Source: a virus
Lineage: Duplodnaviria > Heunggongvirae > Uroviricota > Caudoviricetes
IMG/VR virus record: IMGVR_UViG_2703718792_000005
Strand: one strand, 5' to 3'
DNA: 5,318 bases
In this document: piece after piece, positions 1 to 5,318 of the stretch
How the letters are laid out: every line of letters begins with the position of its first letter
How positions within the stretch are numbered: position 1 is the stretch's first letter
Notes under the pieces: generated by a model
Told to the model about the DNA's origin: nothing
What the model saw: the letters and a program-made list of their open reading frames with translations, nothing else
Databases searched by the model: none
Translations under genes and position numbers: made by a program

Positions 1-676
1 ACTGAATGAATGCAACCGTGCGGAGCAGTCGGCCAGCGTGGTGCTCTGGGAAATCGATCTGACAGAGGGCGGTGGTGAACGTGATTTTTTCTGTAATGGG
101 CAGAACGAAAAAGGTGAGCCGGTCACCTGGCAGGGGCGGCAGTATCAGGCGTACCCCATTCAGGGAAGCGGCTTTGAGATGAACGGCAAAGGAGCCAGTG
201 CAAGACCAACGCTGAAAGTCTCTAATCTGCACGGCATGGTCACCGGGATGGCGGAAGACCTGCAGAGTCTGGTCGGCGGAACGGTGGTCAGGCGTAAGGT
301 TTACGCCCGTTTTCTGGATGCGGTGAACTTCGTCAACGGAAACAGCGAAGCTGATCCGGAGCAGGAGGTGATCAGCCGCTGGCGCATCGAGCAGTGCAGC
401 GAACTGAGTGCGGTCAGCGCCTCCTTTGTGTTGTCCACACCGACGGAAACGGATGGCGCTGTTTTTCCGGGACGTATCATGCTGGCCAACACCTGCACCT
501 GGACCTATCGCGGCGATGAGTGCGGTTATCACGGTCCGGCGATCGCGGATGAATATGACCAGCCAACGTCCGATATCACGAAGGATAAATGCAGCAAATG
601 CCTGAGCGGTTGTAAGTTCCGCAATAACGTCGGCAACTTTGGCGGCTTCCTTTCCATTAACAAACTTTCGCAGTAA
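1..676 (+). CDS. L: Tail tip assembly protein L (lambda gpL-like), 5'-truncated by window edge; codon phase begins at nt 2; stop TAA 674-676
   Basis: Translation from nt 2 reads LNECNRAEQSASVVLWEIDLTEGGGER...FRNNVGNFGGFLSINKLSQ*, closely matching recalled lambda gpL. C-terminal cysteine cluster (C-x8-C ... C-x2-C-x3-C, nt 494-613) matches the gpL Fe-S motif. The ORF track's start at 38 is an internal GTG; the real start lies upstream of the window. Confidence 0.93.
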   Translation, partial: LNECNRAEQSASVVLWEIDLTEGGGERDFFCNGQNEKGEPVTWQGRQYQAYPIQGSGFEMNGKGASARPTLKVSNLHGMVTGMAEDLQSLVGGTVVRRKVYARFLDAVNFVNGNSEADPEQEVISRWRIEQCSELSAVSASFVLSTPTETDGAVFPGRIMLANTCTWTYRGDECGYHGPAIADEYDQPTSDITKDKCSKCLSGCKFRNNVGNFGGFLSINKLSQ

Positions 677-681
677 ATCCC

Positions 682-1425
682 ATGACAGAGACAGAATCAG
701 CGATTCTGGCGCACGCCCGGCGATGTGCGCCAGCGGAGTCGTGCGGCTTCGTGGTGAGAACGCCGGAGGGGGAAAGATATTTTCCCTGCGTGAATATCTC
801 CGGTGAGCCGGAGGCGTATTTCCGGATGTCGCCGGAAGACTGGCTGCAGGCAGAAATGCAGGGTGAGATTGTGGCGCTGGTCCACAGCCACCCCGGTGGT
901 CTGCCCTGGCTGAGTGAGGCTGACAGGCGGCTGCAGGTGCAGAGCGATTTGCCCTGGTGGCTGGTCTGCCGGGTGACGATTCATAAGTTCCGCTGTGTGC
1001 CGCATCTCACCGGGCGGCGCTTTGAGCACGGGGTGACGGACTGTTACACGCTGTTCCGGGATGCTTATCATCTGGCGGGGATTGAGATGCCGGATTTTCA
1101 TCGCGAGGATGACTGGTGGCGTCACGGTCAGAATCTCTATCTGGATAATCTGGAGGCCACAGGGCTGTATCAGGTGCCGTTGTCATCAGCACAACCGGGC
1201 GATGTGCTGCTGTGCTGTTTTGGTTCATCGGTGCCGAATCATGCCGCCATTTACTGCGGCGACGGCGAGCTGCTGCACCATATTCCTGAACAACTGAGCA
1301 AACGAGAGAGGTATACCGACAAATGGCAGCGACGCACACACTCCCTCTGGCGTCACCGGGCATGGCACGCATCTGCCTTTACGGGGATTTGCAACGATTT
1401 GGCCGCCGCATCGACCTTCGTGTGA
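682..1425 (+). CDS. K: Tail tip assembly protein K (lambda gpK-like); N-terminal JAMM/MPN metalloprotease-like domain plus C-terminal NlpC/P60 cysteine peptidase-like domain
   Basis: 247-aa ORF starting MTETESAILAHARRCAPAESCGFVV, nearly identical to recalled lambda gpK. JAMM motif HSHPGGLPWLSEAD (H-x-H-x7-S-x2-D) at nt 883-924. Candidate NlpC/P60 catalytic Cys in GVTDCYTLF (nt 1042-1044) and His in VPNHAAIY (nt 1240-1242). Starts 5 nt after the L stop, suggesting translational coupling. Confidence 0.95.
   Translation: MTETESAILAHARRCAPAESCGFVVRTPEGERYFPCVNISGEPEAYFRMSPEDWLQAEMQGEIVALVHSHPGGLPWLSEADRRLQVQSDLPWWLVCRVTIHKFRCVPHLTGRRFEHGVTDCYTLFRDAYHLAGIEMPDFHREDDWWRHGQNLYLDNLEATGLYQVPLSSAQPGDVLLCCFGSSVPNHAAIYCGDGELLHHIPEQLSKRERYTDKWQRRTHSLWRHRAWHASAFTGICNDLAAASTFV
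1306..1311 (+). promoter_or_regulatory. Shine-Dalgarno-like (GAGAGG) for I, embedded in the K coding sequence
   Basis: Purine-rich GAGAGG lies 11 nt upstream of the I ATG at 1323. Confidence 0.45.
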
Positions 1426-1970
1426 AAACGGGGGCTGAAGCCATCCGCGCACTGTCCACACAGGTCCCGGCGTTTCGTCAGAAACTGAATGACGGCTGGT
1501 ATCAGGTGCGCATTGCCGGGCGTGATGCAGGTGAAACCGAATTATCTGCCCGTCTTAATGAGCCGCTGGCAAATGGTGCCGTGATCCACATCGTACCGCG
1601 CCTGGCGGGGGCTAAAAGTGGCGGCGTATTTCAGGCTGTGCTGGGGGCGGCGCTGATTGCGGTGGCATGGTGGAACCCTGCAGGCTGGCTGGGTGCTGCG
1701 GCTTTATCGGGCATGTATGCGGCAGGAGCCAGTATGATCCTGGGCGGTGTGGCCCAGATGCTGGCACCGAAAGCCCGGACGCCCACAGCGACCAGCACGG
1801 ATAACGGTAAGCAGAACACCTATTTCTCGTCACTGGATAACATGGTTGCTCAGGGCAATGTTTTGCCTGTTCTGTACGGTGAAATGCGTGTGGGGTCGCG
1901 GGTGGTTTCTCAGGAGATCAGCACGGCAGACGAAGGTGACGGTGGTCAGGTTGTGGTGATTGGTCGCTGA
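1323..1970 (+). CDS. I: Tail tip assembly protein I (lambda gpI-like); N-terminal ubiquitin-like (beta-grasp) region and Gly/Ala-rich hydrophobic C-terminal segment
   Basis: 215-aa ORF MAATHTLPLASPGMARICLYGDLQRFGRRIDLRVKTGAEAIRAL...EISTADEGDGGQVVVIGR*, matching recalled lambda gpI at both ends. Start overlaps the 3' end of K by 103 nt in a different frame, as in lambda. GAGAGG Shine-Dalgarno-like motif at 1306-1311, 11 nt upstream of the ATG. Confidence 0.92.
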   Translation: MAATHTLPLASPGMARICLYGDLQRFGRRIDLRVKTGAEAIRALSTQVPAFRQKLNDGWYQVRIAGRDAGETELSARLNEPLANGAVIHIVPRLAGAKSGGVFQAVLGAALIAVAWWNPAGWLGAAALSGMYAAGASMILGGVAQMLAPKARTPTATSTDNGKQNTYFSSLDNMVAQGNVLPVLYGEMRVGSRVVSQEISTADEGDGGQVVVIGR

Positions 1971-1988
1971 TGCAAAATGTTTTATGTG

Positions 1989-2008
1989 AAACCGCCTGCT
2001 GGCGGTTT
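1989..2008 (+). terminator. GC-rich stem-loop with trailing T-rich tract in the I-J intergenic spacer; possible partial intrinsic terminator, attenuator or mRNA-stabilising hairpin
   Basis: Inverted repeat AAACCGCC (1989-1996) / GGCGGTTT (2001-2008) around tetraloop TGCT gives an 8-bp stem (5 GC + 3 AT), followed by TTTTGTCGTTTAT. Sits in the 60-nt gap between the I stop (1970) and J start (2031). Confidence 0.35.
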
Positions 2009-2018
2009 TGTCGTTTAT

Positions 2019-2022
2019 GGAG
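2019..2022 (+). promoter_or_regulatory. Shine-Dalgarno (GGAG) for J
   Basis: GGAG lies 8 nt upstream of the J ATG at 2031. Confidence 0.6.
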
Positions 2023-2030
2023 TATGACGA

Positions 2031-5000
2031 ATGGGTAAAGGCAGCAGTAAGGGGCATACCCCGCGCGAAGCGAAGGACAACCTGAAGTCCACGCAGTTGC
2101 TGAGTGTGATCGATGCCATCAGCGAAGGGCCGATTGAAGGTCCGGTGGATGGGTTAAAAAGCGTGCTGCTGAACAGTACGCCGGTGCTGGACAGTGAGGG
2201 GAATACCAACATCTCTGGTGTCACGGTGGTGTTCCGGGCAGGTGAGCAGGAACAGACACCGCCGGAGGGATTTGAATCCTCCGGATCCGAGACGGTGCTG
2301 GGTACGGAAGTGAAATACGACACGCCGATCACCCGGACCATCACGTCGGCAAACATCGACCGTCTGCGCCTGACCTTCGGTGTGCAGGCACTGGTGGAAA
2401 CCACCTCAAAGGGTGACAGGAATCCGTCGGAAGTCCGCCTGCTGGTTCAGATACAACGTAACGGTGGCTGGGTGACGGAAAAAGACATCACCATTAAGGG
2501 TAAAACCACTTCACAGTATCTGGCCTCGGTGGTGGTGGATAACCTGCCGCCGCGCCCGTTCAGTATCCGGATGCGCAGGATGACGCCGGACAGCACCACA
2601 GACCAGCTGCAGAACAAAACGCTCTGGTCGTCATACACCGAAATTATCGATGTGAAACAGTGCTACCCGAACACGGCACTGGTCGGCGTGCAGGTGGACT
2701 CGGAGCAGTTCGGCAGCCAGCAGGTGAGCCGTAATTATCATCTGCGCGGGCGTATTCTGCAGGTGCCGTCGAATTATAACCCGCAGACGCGGCAATACAG
2801 CGGTATCTGGGACGGAACGTTTAAACCGGCATACAGCAACAACATGGCCTGGTGTCTGTGGGATATGCTGACCCACCCGCGCTACGGCATGGGGAAACGT
2901 CTTGGTGCGGCGGATGTGGATAAATGGGCGCTGTATGTCATCGGCCAGTACTGCGATCAGTCAGTGCCGGACGGTTTTGGCGGCACGGAGCCGCGCATCA
3001 CCTGTAATGCGTACCTGACCACACAGCGCAAGGCGTGGGATGTGCTCAGTGATTTCTGCTCTGCGATGCGCTGTATGCCGGTATGGAACGGGCAGACGCT
3101 GACGTTCGTGCAGGACCGACCGTCGGATAAGGTGTGGACCTATAACCGCAGTAATGTGGTGATGCCGGATGATGGCGCGCCGTTCCGCTACAGCTTCAGC
3201 GCCCTGAAAGACCGCCATAATGCCGTTGAAGTGAACTGGACTGACCCGGATAACGGCTGGGAGACGGCAACAGAGCTTGTGGAGGACACGCAGGCCATTG
3301 CCCGTTACGGTCGTAACGTCACGAAGATGGATGCCTTTGGCTGTACCAGTCGGGGGCAGGCACACCGTGCCGGGCTGTGGCTGATTAAAACGGAGCTGCT
3401 GGAAACGCAGACCGTGGACTTCAGCGTGGGCGCAGAAGGGCTTCGCCATGTACCGGGCGATGTCATTGAAATCTGTGATGATGACTATGCGGGGATCAGC
3501 ACCGGTGGGCGTGTGCTGGCGGTGAACAGCCAGACCCGGACGCTGACGCTCGACCGTGAAATCACGCTGCCATCCTCCGGTACCACGCTGATAAGCCTGG
3601 TTGACGGAAGTGGCAATCCGGTCAGCGTGGAGGTTCAGTCCGTCACCGACGGCGTGAAGGTAAAAGTGAGCCGTGTTCCTGACGGTGTTGCTGAATACAG
3701 CGTATGGGGGCTGAAGTTGCCGACGCTGCGCCAGCGACTGTTCCGCTGCGTGAGTATCCGTGAGAACGATGACGGCACGTATGCCATCACCGCCGTGCAG
3801 CATGTACCGGAAAAAGAAGCCATCGTGGATAACGGGGCGCACTTTGACGGTGACCAGAGCGGCACAGTGAATGGTGTCACGCCGCCAGCGGTGCAGCACC
3901 TGATCGCAGAAGTCACTGCAGACAGCGGGGAATATCAGGTGCTGGCGCGCTGGGACACGCCGAAGGTGGTGAAGGGCGTGAGCTTCCTGCTCCGTCTGAC
4001 CGTAACAGCGGACGACGGCAGTGAGCGGCTGGTCAGCACGGCCCGGACGACGGAAACCACATACCGCTTCACGCAACTGGCGCCGGGGAACTACAGGCTG
4101 ACAGTCCGGGCGGTAAATGCCCGGGGGCAGCAGGGCGATCCGGCGTCGGTATCGTTCCGGATTGCCGCACCGGCAGCACCGTCGAGGATTGAGCTGACGC
4201 CGGGCTATTTTCAGGTAACCGCCACGCCGCATCTTGCGGTTTATGACCCGACGGTACAGTTTGAGTTCTGGTTCTCGGAAACGCGGATTACCGATATCAG
4301 GCAGGTTGAAACCACAGCCCGCTACCTTGGCACGGGGCTGTACTGGATAGCCGCCAGTATCAATATCAAACCGGGCCATGATTATTACTTTTATATCCGC
4401 AGTGTGAACACCGTTGGCAAATCGGCATTCGTGGAGGCTGTTGGTCAGCCGAGTGATGATGCATCCGGTTATCTGGATTTTTTCAAAGGCGAGATAGGGA
4501 AAACCCATCTGGCTCAGGAGCTGTGGACGCAGATTGATAACGGTCAGCTTGCGCCTGACCTGGCTGAAATCAGGACGTCCATTACGGATGTCAGCAATGA
4601 AATCACACAGACCGTCAATAAGAAACTGGAAGACCAGAGTGCGGCAATTCAGCAGATACAGAAGGTTCAGGTTGATACAAATAATAACCTGAACAGCATG
4701 TGGGCAGTGAAGCTGCAGCAGATGCAGGACGGACGCCTCTATATTGCGGGTATCGGTGCCGGTATTGAGAACACCCCTGACGGCATGCAGAGTCAGGTGC
4801 TGCTGGCGGCAGACAGGATTGCGATGATTAATCCTGCAAATGGCAACACAAAGCCGATGTTTGTTGGTCAGGGTGATCAGATATTCATGAACGAAGTGTT
4901 CCTGAAGTATCTGACGGCTCCTGCCATTACCAGTGGCGGTAATCCTCCGGCATTTTCCCTGACGCCGGACGGGCGACTGACGGCGAAAAATGCGGATATC

Positions 5001-5318
5001 AGTGGCAGTGTGAATGCGAACTCAGGGACGCTCAACAACGTCACGATAAATGAGAACTGTCAGATTAAGGGGAAACTGTCCGCCAACCAGATTGAAGGCG
5101 ATATTGTCAAAACGGTCAGCAAGTCTTTCCCCCGCACGAGCACTTATGCCAGCGGCACCATTACGGTCACGATTAGTGATGATCAGAAGTTTGACCGACA
5201 GGTCATGATACCGCCAGTGTTATTCCGCGGTGGTAAGCATGAGAATTTCAACAGTAATAACCAACAGTCATACTGGTATTCAACCTGCCGATTAAGAGTG
5301 ACCCGCAATGGTCAGGAG
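2031..5318 (+). CDS. J: Tail tip central fibre / host specificity protein J (lambda gpJ-like), 3'-truncated by window edge (1096 codons present, no stop in window)
   Basis: Open frame from ATG 2031 to the window end reads [54 protein letters not shown]..., near-identical to recalled lambda gpJ (1132 aa) for roughly the first 820 residues. GGAG Shine-Dalgarno at 2019-2022, 8 nt upstream. Not listed in the ORF track because there is no in-frame stop within the window. The C-terminal third diverges from lambda. Confidence 0.96.
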   Translation, partial: MGKGSSKGHTPREAKDNLKSTQLLSVIDAISEGPIEGPVDGLKSVLLNSTPVLDSEGNTNISGVTVVFRAGEQEQTPPEGFESSGSETVLGTEVKYDTPITRTITSANIDRLRLTFGVQALVETTSKGDRNPSEVRLLVQIQRNGGWVTEKDITIKGKTTSQYLASVVVDNLPPRPFSIRMRRMTPDSTTDQLQNKTLWSSYTEIIDVKQCYPNTALVGVQVDSEQFGSQQVSRNYHLRGRILQVPSNYNPQTRQYSGIWDGTFKPAYSNNMAWCLWDMLTHPRYGMGKRLGAADVDKWALYVIGQYCDQSVPDGFGGTEPRITCNAYLTTQRKAWDVLSDFCSAMRCMPVWNGQTLTFVQDRPSDKVWTYNRSNVVMPDDGAPFRYSFSALKDRHNAVEVNWTDPDNGWETATELVEDTQAIARYGRNVTKMDAFGCTSRGQAHRAGLWLIKTELLETQTVDFSVGAEGLRHVPGDVIEICDDDYAGISTGGRVLAVNSQTRTLTLDREITLPSSGTTLISLVDGSGNPVSVEVQSVTDGVKVKVSRVPDGVAEYSVWGLKLPTLRQRLFRCVSIRENDDGTYAITAVQHVPEKEAIVDNGAHFDGDQSGTVNGVTPPAVQHLIAEVTADSGEYQVLARWDTPKVVKGVSFLLRLTVTADDGSERLVSTARTTETTYRFTQLAPGNYRLTVRAVNARGQQGDPASVSFRIAAPAAPSRIELTPGYFQVTATPHLAVYDPTVQFEFWFSETRITDIRQVETTARYLGTGLYWIAASINIKPGHDYYFYIRSVNTVGKSAFVEAVGQPSDDASGYLDFFKGEIGKTHLAQELWTQIDNGQLAPDLAEIRTSITDVSNEITQTVNKKLEDQSAAIQQIQKVQVDTNNNLNSMWAVKLQQMQDGRLYIAGIGAGIENTPDGMQSQVLLAADRIAMINPANGNTKPMFVGQGDQIFMNEVFLKYLTAPAITSGGNPPAFSLTPDGRLTAKNADISGSVNANSGTLNNVTINENCQIKGKLSANQIEGDIVKTVSKSFPRTSTYASGTITVTISDDQKFDRQVMIPPVLFRGGKHENFNSNNQQSYWYSTCRLRVTRNGQE

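Noticed and set aside
408-605. 65-aa + strand ORF in an alternative frame inside L, and the 65-aa minus-strand ORF at 301-498
   Set aside because: Both are fully embedded in the well-supported L reading frame, short and without homology signal; most likely frame-shadow ORFs.
1061-1297. 78-aa + strand ORF in an alternative frame inside K
   Set aside because: Cys/Arg/Ile-rich improbable peptide wholly inside the K frame; no RBS or homology signal.
1323-1425. Possible programmed ribosomal frameshift in the K/I overlap, by analogy with lambda G/G-T
   Set aside because: No canonical slippery heptamer (X XXY YYZ) is visible in the overlap, and I has its own ATG with an upstream purine-rich SD-like motif. 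An independent start in a nested overlap is the simpler explanation.
697-1461. Minus-strand ORFs of 142 aa (697-1125), 121 aa (1007-1372) and 78 aa (1225-1461)
   Set aside because: They are antisense to K and I, which have strong homology support, and their composition is Arg/Pro-rich and low-complexity.
1989-2008. Hairpin interpreted as the operon's terminal transcription terminator
   Set aside because: J follows 23 nt downstream with its own RBS and must be co-transcribed with the late operon. The T-tract is interrupted, so at most this is a partial or leaky terminator or a stabilising hairpin, not the operon end.
1612-2057. Minus-strand ORFs at 1612-1833, 1631-1819 and 1830-2057, and the + strand alternative-frame ORF at 1747-1959
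   Set aside because: They overlap the I coding region and the I-J junction, and their composition is typical of spurious frames.
2015-2876. Minus-strand ORFs of 129 aa (2015-2404), 63 aa (2447-2638) and 81 aa (2631-2876), plus the 93-aa minus ORF at 3635-3916
   Set aside because: All are antisense to the J coding sequence and have no independent support.
2961-4508. 515-aa ORF on the minus strand
   Set aside because: It lies entirely antisense to the J coding sequence, whose + strand translation matches lambda gpJ nearly residue for residue. The predicted minus-strand product is Arg/Pro/His-rich and low-complexity, typical of a spurious antisense frame in GC-rich coding DNA, and has no obvious start context.
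1-5318. Search for tRNA genes, CRISPR repeats, IS element or transposon inverted repeats, and integrase or att sites
   Set aside because: The window is essentially fully coding on the + strand, with no room for such elements and no periodic direct repeats or tRNA-like structures seen by eye.

Overview
The whole window is the distal part of a lambda-like siphovirus tail-tip operon, with four collinear + strand genes: L (5'-truncated, Fe-S cysteine cluster), K (JAMM/MPN + NlpC/P60), I (ubiquitin-like N-terminus, hydrophobic C-terminal segment) and J (3'-truncated central tail fibre / host-specificity protein). The translated proteins closely match what I recall of phage lambda gpL, gpK, gpI and the first ~820 residues of gpJ, so this is most likely a lambdoid phage or prophage from an enterobacterial host. 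I see no tRNA, CRISPR, IS element or unexplained gene, and no evidence of a previously undescribed system. The most interesting signal is mosaicism in the 3' part of J, from about nt 4450 onward: the protein diverges from lambda J and the sequence looks more AT-rich by eye, while short islands still match lambda closely. That is the pattern expected for a swapped receptor-binding region. All minus-strand ORFs in the track, including the 515-aa one, are antisense to these genes and are rejected. All comparisons to lambda are from memory, not from a search.
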